From: Girardia tigrina
Lineage: Eukaryota
DNA: 52,112 bases
Assembly: GCA_001938485.1 (NCBI GenBank)
Contig: MQRK01248235.1
Span: 69,287 to 121,398 of the forward strand
Direction of reading: 5' to 3'
The notes beneath the pieces were generated by a model. The model was not told where the DNA came from and ran no database searches. It saw nothing but the letters and a program-made list of their open reading frames with translations. A program made the translations under genes and the position numbers. This document shows positions 1-11,243 of this stretch, one piece after another; the first letter of the stretch is position 1, and each line of letters begins with the position of its first letter.

Positions 1-260
1 TACTAAACTGCAGGTCACAAATATTCAGTTTTTGTCCAAATTCCTTTGCTTTTCTAATGATAATTTCATCAGTCACGTATCCATTTATCGCATCCATTCG
101 AGATATCCATTCGATCAATTCGAATTTTTTAAGGTGTTTATTTAAAAATAGAATAAAACAAATAGAATTTCGAAGTTAAAGAGTTGATATTGTAGTTTCA
201 CCAGAAATAGAACAACAAAGTTTATTTAAGTACAACCCGAAATTACAACTTGTGTTTTTT
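1..260 (-). mobile_element. pogo/Tigger-like transposase relic (CENP-B HTH), truncated by window edge
   Basis: Minus strand reads IEWISRMDAINGYVTDEIIIRKAKEFGQKLNI, resembling the CENP-B HTH (W...G..VT..II..KAKEF); disrupted. Confidence 0.6.
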
Positions 261-892
261 ATCACTTATTTAAGCAAATTTACTTTCGAATATTTAACAA
301 CATTATTACAGATATAGCCATATGATTCTAGCAAAATCAATCTCTTAGTAATCTTCTGTTTTTCAATTGCTTTATACATAGTGATATAATTTATTTCGAC
401 ATTAGTCTCGCGCCGATCATGGTTAATAGCTTTCTTTCGTGTAACATTTGATAAAACTACTTTATTCAATTCCGATTTAATTACACTACTTGAAAGCTTG
501 TCATTGGCTTCATCATTACATGTGTCCATCATATTGCATCTCGTAATAACACAAGAATTAAGGATTTTCTTAAACCAAGCATTTAAAATAAAATTGCATC
601 CAAGCATTATACATTTTTTATTTTGCTGTATAACTTTGTAACTTTACCCTTTAACGCCGATGATTTAGAAAACGATTTAGAAAACATGTTAACCAACTCC
701 CGGATATAACTGATACATGTTCCTTATCGGAAACTCCAGTTCTGGTTGCTTTGCCCTTACACTCATTTTATTTCAGAAATCGAATTCTATATTTTAAATC
801 AAAAATTTCAAATTCTATTTGTTAAATAAAAATATTTTCGATTCTATTTTTTAAATAAACAATAAAAAAATCTATTTTTTAAATTTTTCCTA

Positions 893-2044
893 TACCAATT
901 TTTGGGTAATTTATGGATTCCATCAAAAAGAATTTCGATTGTTTCGACGCAACCCATTTATCGAGCCGTTTTCACACTTGTTCGTGTTTTGTGAGCCTCT
1001 GTTTCACCAATCCGTAAGCCATTGATCGAAATAAGTGATAATCCGATGGAGCAATGTCAGGAGACTAGCGTGGGTGCGGTATGATTTCCCAGTTCAGTTC
1101 TTTTATCGCATTTTTATGACCGGATTTTCAACATAAAGCAATATCGGGCATTCGTGTCTTGTGGTCAATTTCTGTCGTTTGGTGGCAACTTCTCTGTTCA
1201 GATTGATTAATTGCTCTCCATCACGAGCCATCGTAACAGTTTCATTAGGTTTTAGACTTTCATAAAACAAAATACCCTTCTGATTCCACCATATGCAGAA
1301 GAGCCCCTTCTTTCCATGGATGTTATGCTTGAGAGTCATCTTTGGCACCTTTCCTGGGTCTGTCAATGATCTCTTTCAATTTGGATTATTGAAATAAACT
1401 TTTCATCACCAGTGATAATTTGATGCATAAATTATTTGTGTTGCTGCCGATGAAGCAAAAGTTCGCACGTTGTTCTTCGATTTTCTTACTGGCGTTCAGT
1501 CAATTCATGTGACACCCATCTTTCTTCTTTCTGAATCTTGTCCATGTCATGCAAGTGATTCGAAATTTTTTGATGAGTCACATCGAACGCGTCAGCTAAT
1601 TGTTGTTGCGTTTGAGCATCATTTTCATCAAGGAAGGCTTGCAGTTGATTGTCTTCAAACTGCTTTGGTTGTCTACTGCGGTCTTTGTTGCTCATATCAA
1701 AATCGCCTTCCCTGAACATCTTAAACCATTTCTGACAGGCTCTCGCAGTGATTGTATCTTCGCCATATACTTCAGCAATCATTTTTTGAGAATAGATAGC
1801 ACTTTTTTTAAGTTAAACATGAATAAAAGAACTTCCCACAAATACTCTTTTGTTGGAGCTTCGATGGTCATCTGCAAAATTACAATAAAATTTTATATGC
1901 GAATTTTTTTTTAAAAATTCAAAATGTATTAGGTAGCGCTTAAAGCACTCTACTTTACAGAAACAAACAAATGTTATAGAAAAAAGTTTATTAATGGAAT
2001 AATATTACACAAAGTGAAACGAACTTTCATATTTGTGCACCTAA
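893..2044 (-). mobile_element. Degenerate mariner transposon (Mos1-like TIR), 3' end eroded
   Basis: TIR TA-TTAGGTGCACAAATATGAAAG at ~2044. Transposase fragments: WFKMFREGDFD, WVSHEL (WVPHEL motif), IITGDEK, NIHGKK, SPDIAPSDYHLF, GIHKLP. Stops and frameshifts present. Confidence 0.9.
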
Positions 2045-2298
2045 TACTTTTTAAATTTAAATTTTATCAGATTATTAAATTTTCATTAATTTTAAAAATT
2101 TCAATTCTGTTCGAATAATCAGTTATCGCAAATACAAAGAAGTACCAATTTTCCAACTGGGTAAGAGAATCAAAATTCTAATTTCGGCATAGTCATATAA
2201 ACACACTACATCCATACATAGTTCCTCACACTTTTATTTTCAAATTCTGAAATTTCTATATCTATGTAATTGGTAGCAACTTGTCATGTCAGTATTTC

Positions 2299-3837
2299 GG
2301 TACGCCGACTTTACCGCGCCGACTTTACCGCGGACGACTTTACCGCGGCGACTTTACCTTGGACGACTTTACCGCGGGCGACTTTACCGCGGAAAATTTA
2401 CAACAAAATTGTCAATACGTGAACAATATCATCTAAAGTATGAATACAAATTTTTAATTATGTTATGATAAAACAATGAATTATACACGGGTTTAATTTT
2501 AAAACATAAATAGATAGAAAATTTCAGATCGACATGACATTTAATTATTCTTTTTAATATAAAAAATAAACAAAGAACATACGAAAAATTAGTAAATTCC
2601 TAATTTAAAAAAAATTCAAATAACATTCTAGAACAAATGAATAACACACCAAAAAATGTGATGTGTAAATAGAAGAAAGATACAAAAATATTAAACTGAT
2701 ATATTAAAATAATGGAATAGTAAATATATACTTTAATCCAAAAAGTTTAAATTATGGGCAACGCCTCTAAGATAATCCAATATTGGTAAATTAATGTATT
2801 GCTCAACGACACGTTCAATCCTCTCACTTACTTTGGCATAAATTTGCGATTAGAATTGTGGGAATTCTTCAATTCTAGAGAGAATTTTAATGCTCTGCAA
2901 AATTAGTTCAACAAAATCTTGTTCAGTACGAAATTGATTTATCAAACTAAAATAGTTGGGTGATTGCAAGCGATAGAATTTTGAAACGCACGATGTCAAT
3001 TTTCTATTGCATTGTTTGTGAGTGGTAGATGAGAAATAAATCGGTCATATACATTCCAACACTGAATTAAATATCAAGGACGTAATCCTCGTTCTCCACG
3101 AGCACGGCCAATATATGTATCCTCAAAATATGCAAAGACATCATCGAGTTCTGGATAATCATTAGAAAGATCAAGTAAAACCAAAAAGGCAGTGATAACA
3201 TCATCCACAGGAACAAACGCTATAGCCATTATTGATTTCAGAATGGTTCTAATTTCATCATTGTTTAAATAGAGATCCGGAAGATTTGATGTTTGTTTTA
3301 TTTTTTCCAAATTGATTGGTTTCGATGAAAAAAACAGCCTTTAATCCAAACGGATTTCCAGATTTTGAAGTAAAGAATTGAAGATTCATGCTGAAAAAAG
3401 TGAGAGAAATTTTTTTAGAAATTTATAATATTTTAAGGTATATTTTTAAAGGTATCTTAACGTAAATGGAAAATTTTATTATAAATATTATATTTTAATA
3501 AAGTATTATTCGGTAATAATGGCAAAAAAATATCTTAATTAAAAATTTTAAGAAAATTGAATTTATTTAATTATTNNNNNNNNNNNNNNNNNNNNNNNNN
3601 NNNNNNNNNNNNNNNNNNNNNNNNNAGTATTATTCGGTAATAATGGCAAAAAAATATCTTAATTAAAAATTTTAAGAAAATTGAATTTATTTAATTATTT
3701 AATATTAATATTATAAATTTTTAATATTTTTTTCTGAAAAAATCAGCGGTAAAGTCACCCGCGGTAAAGTCGTCCGTGGTAAAGTCGCCGCGGTAAAGTC
3801 GTCCGCGGTAAAGTCGCCGCGGTAAAGTCGCCTCACC
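2299..3837 (-). mobile_element. Internally deleted Mutator-like element (Phantom/foldback type) with tandem-repeat TIRs
   Basis: GG...CC termini and an exact 9-bp TSD CAGTATTTC (2290-2298, 3838-3846). Six CGACTTTACCGCG-type repeats at each end in inverted orientation. Internal MULE transposase C-terminal fragment: GCFFH, MAIAFVP, YFEDTYIG, WNVYDR, TNNAIE. Confidence 0.92.
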
Positions 3838-5062
3838 CAGTATTTCCATTTATTATTTTATTGTTTTTTTAATTTTCAATTTATTAATTAATTATTACTG
3901 TTAGGTTTGTGATAATAAGATTTCCGAGGAACACTTTTCATTTTTATCTTGCACAAACCATTTTTAGATAAAAATAACGAATTTTAAATATAGATAAATA
4001 ATTTAATATTTAATTTAATTTTACAAATATATTACTTTAAAATTTATTAGGGTCGATATTTAAATTATTTATTTCAAATTAAAAGCCTTTTTTACCACGT
4101 TTTCATTTGCTTACTTTCGTTTTTGTTTGTCCGTTAAATTTTTTCTCGATGACTCATCGAGTCATGTTTCAAAAATCGGTTTTGTGTGTGTATTGGTGCG
4201 TTTGTGTATTGAAGACAGAGAAAGTCGTTTTGTGCTGAATGAGTTGTTAAATTTTATTTTAATTATTTCATATTATTTTGTATACAAATTTTATTTACAG
4301 TTAAATCCCGATAGATGGTGATGTTGTTTTGAGGATTGTTTACACTGAGGGGTTTTTCTGGAAAATTATTATAAAAAATTAATATTAATTTGATTTTTAG
4401 TAAACGGTTAAAACGTGGTTATAAAAAGTTCTTTTTTTAATGTAATTATTTGAGTTCAAACATTATTTAAGTTTTACATTTTAAAATTTTTAGTCAAACT
4501 ATTTTATTTTGAATTTTATTGCACGTATTTCATTCCAAACTTATTAAGTTTATTTTGATTTCCGAAAGTCTTTATATCAAAATTCATGACTATTTTTTAA
4601 TTTAAATTATTTTATAAAAACTCTCCATTTTTTAAATTTAAACATAAAACTTAAAACATTTTAATTTATAATGTTTTTGAAATTTATTTTTTAGATTTAA
4701 TTCAGAAATCTCTACGAGTTTCCCAAAATCCTCACAATAACCAGATACTTTTTCAAATAATATATTGCCATTTCACTAAAATAAACAAGATAATAAATCT
4801 ATTGAAACAAAAAAAAATATATTTACTATTTTTTATATTTATTTAACTATTGTTTTTCTTTATTAATTTTTCCATTCATTAAGGATTTCGCTTCGTTCCG
4901 TCAAATTCGTCAGGAAAAACCGAAACAATTGGACGAAATTAAGAAAAAATAAAAGCAAATTGTTTGATAATGATAGTACTAATAAATAATCAAAAGTTTT
5001 CTAGCCCAGATTCTCTACTAATTAAATTATTTAAACAGGAAATTATTTATGACTATTGTAAA

Positions 5063-5065
<3 letters not shown>

Positions 5066-5104
<39 letters not shown>
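5066..5104. repeat. (TA)n microsatellite (others near 16310, 24217, 25514, 28349, 31259, 52092)
   Basis: Directly visible dinucleotide runs. Confidence 0.95.
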
Positions 5105-5107
<3 letters not shown>

Positions 5108-5293
5108 TTATTTATGAGAACAATTTTCAATGGATTAATTTGAAATTACTCATTAATTATTTCTTTTTATCGAATCATAATGTTCTAATATTATAATTAA
5201 ATGAACAACTCATATTTTTGTTACATATGTTTGACGACTCGTAAGTGAACCAATTTTCTGACGAGATGCAATTGGTTGAGAGTTGTTTCCTTT

Positions 5294-5303
5294 GATATAT
5301 AAA
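5294..5303 (+). promoter_or_regulatory. Putative TATA box of prohormone gene
   Basis: GATATATAAA about 30-38 nt upstream of the ATG at 5332; an AATAAA lies at ~5755 downstream of the stop. Confidence 0.45.
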
Positions 5304-5331
5304 CGTGAAAGTCAATTGAGTTTGGTTAATA

Positions 5332-5727
5332 ATGAAATTTTATATTACATTTTTCCTATTTGTTACAATCATAGGAATATTCTCATGCTCAGATGCAACA
5401 AGTACGGCAGATCCATTAGCGTTCGGTCTGATTGTACTCATAGCAAACTGTGGTGTAACACGAACTTATATGATTCCGAAAAACGATTTAATGGTGCGCG
5501 ATAATGTCATGAATATTCAGGATATAGAAAGCATGAACAAATATGTTGATCCCAAAAACGGAAAACGATATTTTTCACCACGAATGGGCAAAAGATACTT
5601 TTCACCGAGAATGGGTAAAAGGTACTTTTCACCGAGAATGGGAAAAAGGCACTTTTCACCGAGAATGGGTAAACGATATTATTCTCCAAGAATGGGTAAA
5701 CGATATTATTTTCAAAGACTGGAATAA
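5332..5727 (+). CDS. Neuropeptide prohormone, PRXamide/pyrokinin-like (YFSPRMamide x3, HFSPRMamide, YYSPRMamide)
   Basis: Signal peptide MKFYITFFLFVTIIGIFSCSDA. Five KR-[Y/H][F/Y]SPRM-G-KR cassettes with dibasic convertase sites and Gly amide donors. The 27-bp units differ mainly at synonymous positions. From memory, it resembles planarian pyrokinin prohormone-like (ppl-1). Confidence 0.93.
   Translation: MKFYITFFLFVTIIGIFSCSDATSTADPLAFGLIVLIANCGVTRTYMIPKNDLMVRDNVMNIQDIESMNKYVDPKNGKRYFSPRMGKRYFSPRMGKRYFSPRMGKRHFSPRMGKRYYSPRMGKRYYFQRLE
5563..5724 (+). repeat. Six 27-bp coding tandem repeats
   Basis: AAACGATATTTTTCACCACGAATGGGC and five variants. Confidence 0.95.
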
Positions 5728-8661
5728 ATGAAACATTTTCTTTTTCATTATGAGAATAAAATTTTATTGATGTTTTTTTGAGAAACCAACTTTTATTTAC
5801 GAAACTTCTTACATTTCAATTTCTTCAAATCCAAGGTTTATATACCTCTCAAATCTCATTTATTTCTAATTTCCTTTAAACTGGTTTTATTTATCTACTT
5901 TAGACGAAATAGTAAATCGTCACAATGTCGTGTGCGTACAGATTGAGACATATTGGATGTACCATTCTCTTCATATAACTGGTCTGTGAAGATTTTAATA
6001 AAAATGTTTTACAGATTTGAATAAATAATAATAAATGATAAAAAGTATAAAAAATCTATAATATAAAATTCAAAGCGGAAAACTATGACCGTCGATCAGG
6101 AAAAGAAAAAAGCTCTAGAAAAAGAAGCTACTTGTGTCTAATTTTTTATTTTTGAATAACGTAAGGGACGACAGCTTTATAGTTAGGCCTAAAAGTTCAT
6201 TCAAGTTTGAATCTCTTTTTTTTTGGTTTATGATGTTGGACAAAATATTGCACTGAAATTCATATTACATTTCAAAATTAATGTTAATTTTAAATATTAC
6301 TATCGCTGTTGATATATTTTTATGAAGTGTAAGAACGAAATATGGTTCAGACACTTATTCATTAAAAACATTTATTTTCAGTTGTTTTTCAATTTAACAA
6401 TTTAAAATTTGTAAAACGAGTTACTGTTAAAAAATAAAAAAAAGTATATTAAGAAAGTAAAAAAACAGAATCTAAAACTCGGACAAACTTATAGTTTTAA
6501 GAAGGATAAATACAAATATTTTATTGGTATAATGTTTATTTACTTAAAATTCACCAAAAGAAGTCTAAGTAAGGATTCAGCGGTCCCTTGAAACCACATT
6601 CAGACAAAGATGTTGTTTCTTATTCCCACAAAACATGATAGTAATCAATATCACATAGAAATGGAAGACCTAATTCAAAGTAATTGAAATAATTTACTTT
6701 TTCTGATAATTATTATTGAAAAGGAAGTTTTACCTGAATCATGTGAATATCGAAGTTTAAAAAGCCCCAGGGTTACCAAATTTTGCATAATAAACAATAA
6801 ATAAAATGAAAATTGAATTTCCATCATCCAAATTTTATTTAATATCCATAAATTGTACTAATAGTTAAATAGTTTTCAATAAAGTGAGTCTGCACGTTCG
6901 TCTGAGAGTTAATTGTCAACACGAATCGCATAAGAAGCTTCGTTTCGACGTTTTTTTTAATAATTAAGTATTTCCTATATATTATTCGATAATTTGATTT
7001 CAATTGGAAAGAGATACGAAATCGAATTTTTTTCACCAAATTTGTCCAATAATCACAACGTTTCGATTCGATTTTTTTTAAATTGTGACAAAGTCACATA
7101 TATATGTAACATGCAAACATACACGCTTGAACATACACTCAACCAATCATTTATCACACATATACATGTTATCAATTTCTTTTAATCACATTTTTATTTC
7201 ACCTAATAAAAATTACACACACATCCACTCGATAAAAAAGTCACATCACTCGAATTGACAATAACTCATAATATTTTAATATTATAATCACATATTTATT
7301 GTGAAAGTCAACAAAATTCAAATAAAATCAACATTCTGGAAAAAGCGTAACAAGAAAGTTAAATCATTTATTCAATTTATTTAGTTATTTATTTTTTTAT
7401 TTAATTATTGTTTAATTTTTTTTAAGTTATTTAATTATTTAATTATCATCATGCTATCTCGACAAATGTTCTGTATTTTTTTACTTTCCGCTCCAATTAG
7501 TATGTATGTTTTTATTGATAATTGTAATGATTTAAATAATGTAATATGTGAATGGAATATAAAGGATCTCTCAAATATAATTATCATTCGAGAAACGTTA
7601 GAGCAATGTAAAGTTATTCGAAAGAATTAGGTGAAAAATGCGCTAAAAAATAACAATGCACTTCAAATTTGGAATCAATCTAGATAGTGTCAATCGTGAG
7701 AATATATCAAAATTTCTGAGATTTCCTTCGACATTCGCCGGTAATAAAATCTGTGTCGAATAAAAACTGTGACATGCAAATGAATGAGAACCAAAAGAAA
7801 ATGTACTATTGTATCAATAAGAATAAAATTGGGATTTTACCGGGATAAGCTGTCTTCAAGAGAACAACATCCAACAAAAACTCTTCAAATTCGCTACCCA
7901 CAAAACAATTATCATAGTTAAATAATTGTATATTACATCTCTCTCAATTTACTCGATGGAATGCATAAAATATTTTTTTCGTTATCAGATTTTTTATAGA
8001 TTAGATGAACAACTACTTAGGTTTTATTCGTTGATTTTCGATATTATTCTTTCGTGTAAACAAGTGAGGAGCGAGTAATTAATTTATACGTTTACACAAA
8101 TAACCAAATTCACTAAAATTTACACAATTAGGTTTTACATTTTTTTGAGAAATTCTTTCTCCAACAAATTTCGTAACAAGCAATATTTCACATCAAATTT
8201 TCAGTTTATAGTTTTATCGCTACATTGCATAGGATTATTGTTTGTGTAAATGTATTAATTAATTCCTGCGATAATAGTCATGCTAAGATTAACAATTACT
8301 ATTTTGAAAATTATGTCGTTTTTTATAATGTACAATAAAAATGTTTTTCTTAAATATAATAAAATTGTCTCCACGATATCAAAATTTGATTTGGGTGAAT
8401 TGAATAATTTTTATATTGAATCGGAACCTCCAAAAGAATGTCTCAAAGTTATTTATTATAATAAACAGGATATTTTCCAATCAGATGATTTGGTTTTGTT
8501 TGACGAAAATAAATGTGTCAGGAAAGGTAATCAGACTTAACTATTTGGTACTTTTTTCTTTGGGAGTAGATTAAAGGCACAGTTTACGTACAAATACTAC
8601 CTGCAACCTTGGCAGATTATAAAAAATAATAAGTGTTATAATTCTTACATTATAATTATAA

Positions 8662-9125
8662 TTCAGGGATCACCTGTGTGAGCCAGGCAGACATACTTCT
8701 ACCTAGTGTCCCTGAGTAACTAGATGGGTTTCGGCCCGTCTAGGCTAAAGTGTCTGAAAGCTAGCCGATATATTGCAGACATAGCCGGCATTATATTGTA
8801 TTCAGTGATAGGCCAGTAATCCATCAACTAGACTAAGCTATTAATCTGGGTGTGAAGACCGTGGGGAGAAGAGACCCCGCGGTCTATGGTTGGATTGCAC
8901 CGCAATGATCTGGGATGAATCAATCCCATTGAAGAGTGTTGTAATGACGTCGTTGTATTTTCGAACAGGATGAACTAAGGTATGGATCCCAACATTGGGG
9001 GAGTGCCCGTTGAGAACCATCAGCGTCCCAGGCCTCCTAAAGAGCCTCCGGCTCAATACCAGTAAAGGAGTTGAGGTGCACATTAGACAACAAGAAACCG
9101 AATGAAATCCTACGTATGAAACCTC
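8662..9125 (+). mobile_element. 5' end relic of a non-LTR retrotransposon (ribozyme, structured 5'UTR, start of zinc-finger ORF)
   Basis: GC-rich island starting at the ribozyme; hairpin at 8857-8884. ATG 8982 reads MDPNIGGVPVENHQRPRPPKEPPAQYQ*RS*GAH*TTRNRMKSYV, which has C2H2 spacing with stops at the two Cys positions. Confidence 0.6.
8664..8756 (+). ncRNA. HDV-like self-cleaving ribozyme fold
   Basis: P1 CAGGGAT/GTCCCTG; J1/2 hairpin CCTG/CAGG; P2 CAGACAT/GTGTCTG; P3 ACT/AGT; L3 TCTACCT; P1.1 CT/AG; P4 CTAGATGGGT-TTCG-GCCCGTCTAG; J4/2 GCTAAA with candidate catalytic C at 8745. Confidence 0.75.
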
Positions 9126-10299
9126 TAACTATAAAATGCAAATCTATTCCTCACAGCTCTTTTGATGAACACCCTTTATTATTAAAGAATAAAAGTGAAA
9201 ATGATAAATAAATTATACACATAAATGAATACAAAAAAACAATTTCTAACTAGACATTCATATTTAACAAGTCACATTTATTGTAAGATATATTAAAACA
9301 AAATTCTGCATCCAAGTTCTAATGTCCGGTCATAAAAATTACCTATTATCTTCCAAGTTTATCGGTCTCAGTACATTTTTAAAAATTTACTTCATTCCAT
9401 TAAATTCCTTCTATTATGAACATTAAAAATTAATTAATTATTTGCGAAATTAATTATGTTTAATTTTTATTTGTTTAAATGAGTAAAAAAGGATTTTTTA
9501 TATGTTTACAATTAAGAAATGAATTCTTAACGCATTTTTCTTTCATTTTTATCAACAAAGTCTGTTTCTATATAAACATTTGCTGTTATTTTTATTAATT
9601 AATTAAGATTTTCAATAAAAAATTCTTTAAATTTTAAAAAATTAATTATAAATAAATAATTCATTCAAATAAAAATTATTAATTAACAATGTAATTAAGT
9701 GAAGATATCAAATCATTTCCCATAAATTAGAAAAGTTACTCAATTTCATTCAATCTATAAATTGAAAAAGTCTGCAATTATAAAAACTAAACTCAATTTG
9801 AGTATCTTCTAGATTTGGATTCAAATGCGTAATTAGTTTTAAAAAAGAATTGTTAATAAAAGATATATGATGTACATATGAGCTGTTCAGTTTGAAAGTG
9901 ACATAAGTCAATTTTCAATTATTTCCAGTTGCTAGAGGTTCAATTCAGGTTTAATCCTGATCACCAGTTGAGACGACGGTTCCGTCACACAAAAGTGCAG
10001 AATTAAAAATATATTGCCGGATCGCACTGTAATTGTTGATGATAATTTCGCAAGTAAAAATTGATATAAATGTAAAGACCGAAATAACAAGAAAGCGAAT
10101 TTCACAATTTATTCTGTTAAGACTTTACAAATTGTCAATCTCCAACACACATTTAAAAAATTTCCAAATAATTGTTTGATAAAACAAATTATTATTATTT
10201 AGTTAACATTATTTTAATTTTTTATTGTTTAATTATTTTCCATGAGTACTCCACTGAGTAGATAAAATTTTGAACACAGATTTTCAGAATATATTTTAA

Positions 10300-10715
10300 A
10301 TTGCATTAGAACACAAATCCTTTAAATTCTCAATTTAAATATAAATTGACTTTCAAAATAAACAGCCAATATGTTCGTACGTACGCAGTTGCATTCGTGT
10401 ACTGTCCTAATCTAATTTACATTACTAGTGTAGCTCCCAATTTGAAAATCAGAAGAAATTTCTAATGGATTTAACCCCGGAACTATATCGCGAATCATAT
10501 GAAACAAATGGAAATGTTTCTTTTATTAAGGAGCAATGAATATATAACAGGCGATGCAAATTTAAATGTATCGTCAGCATACTACACATTAGATTCTAAC
10601 AAAATGAACACTCCAACTCTGTGTTGAAATCAACCCTGTGTTCTGATTGCCGAATTAAAAATATATTCCCGGATCGCACTATATTTGTTGATGATAATTT
10701 CGCAAGTAAAAATAA
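10300..10715 (-). mobile_element. Highly decayed MULE transposase fragment
   Basis: Fragments YADDTFKFASP (DGTF motif), LNPLEISSDFQIG (SDFE motif) and IGCLF. About 60 bp are duplicated at 10001-10061. Confidence 0.55.
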
Positions 10716-10886
10716 AATTACATTTAAACCCCTTTTAAAATTGTTTAGTTTTTTTTTGTCAGTGATTAAATGTGCCCGGTTGGTACATGAATGCATTTGA
10801 ACCATGTTTCGGGCCGAAGTCGTCCCAACATGTGTCATTATTTTCACAGGGGTTCCGCTAAGCCAGACACTTTCACTCAAACTCTA

Positions 10887-11243
10887 TCAACTCAATATCG
10901 GAGGATAACTTTCGTCCCATGATGGGTTGTTTTCATCCTCAGACAAGTCTCCATCCCGCGGCCTATATGGAAAAGACACTTCTTTTTCGTCTTCGGATGA
11001 TTCATAGCCTTGGACTTCATCCTCTTCACCTCCCTGTTGTACTCTAATCCTATAATTGTATGATTGTAAGAGTGCATTCAGGGCGGCTGGATCAAAGTCC
11101 TTGATGACCTCAGGTTCCACATGTTCATATTCCATATTTTCCATCATAAGCATGGAATCCTGAGGCTCCTCTATTTCTTCGACTATTATTTTTCTTATTC
11201 TTTTTGTACCTTTGTTAGGGTTTTGGAAAATGCATATGAACAC
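10887..11243 (-). other. Acidic ORF of unknown origin, probably TE-derived
   Basis: Open 118-codon Glu/Asp-rich frame, GC-richer than its flanks, with no recognisable domain. Confidence 0.25.

Noticed and set aside
2303-2391. CRISPR-like array or repeat-peptide ORF (2286-2468)
   Set aside because: No unique spacers; the array is mirrored at 3746-3832 with a 9-bp TSD, so these are MULE TIRs.
5507-5731. Alternative-frame and antisense repeat ORFs over the prohormone
   Set aside because: Shadows of the 27-bp repeat; substitutions are synonymous only in the prohormone frame.
9037-9066. ~28-bp similarity to 48019-48046, suggesting a ribozyme/RTE-tail hybrid SINE
   Set aside because: The match is short, does not extend on either side, and lies in the zinc-finger-like ORF start; it cannot be supported without a genome search.
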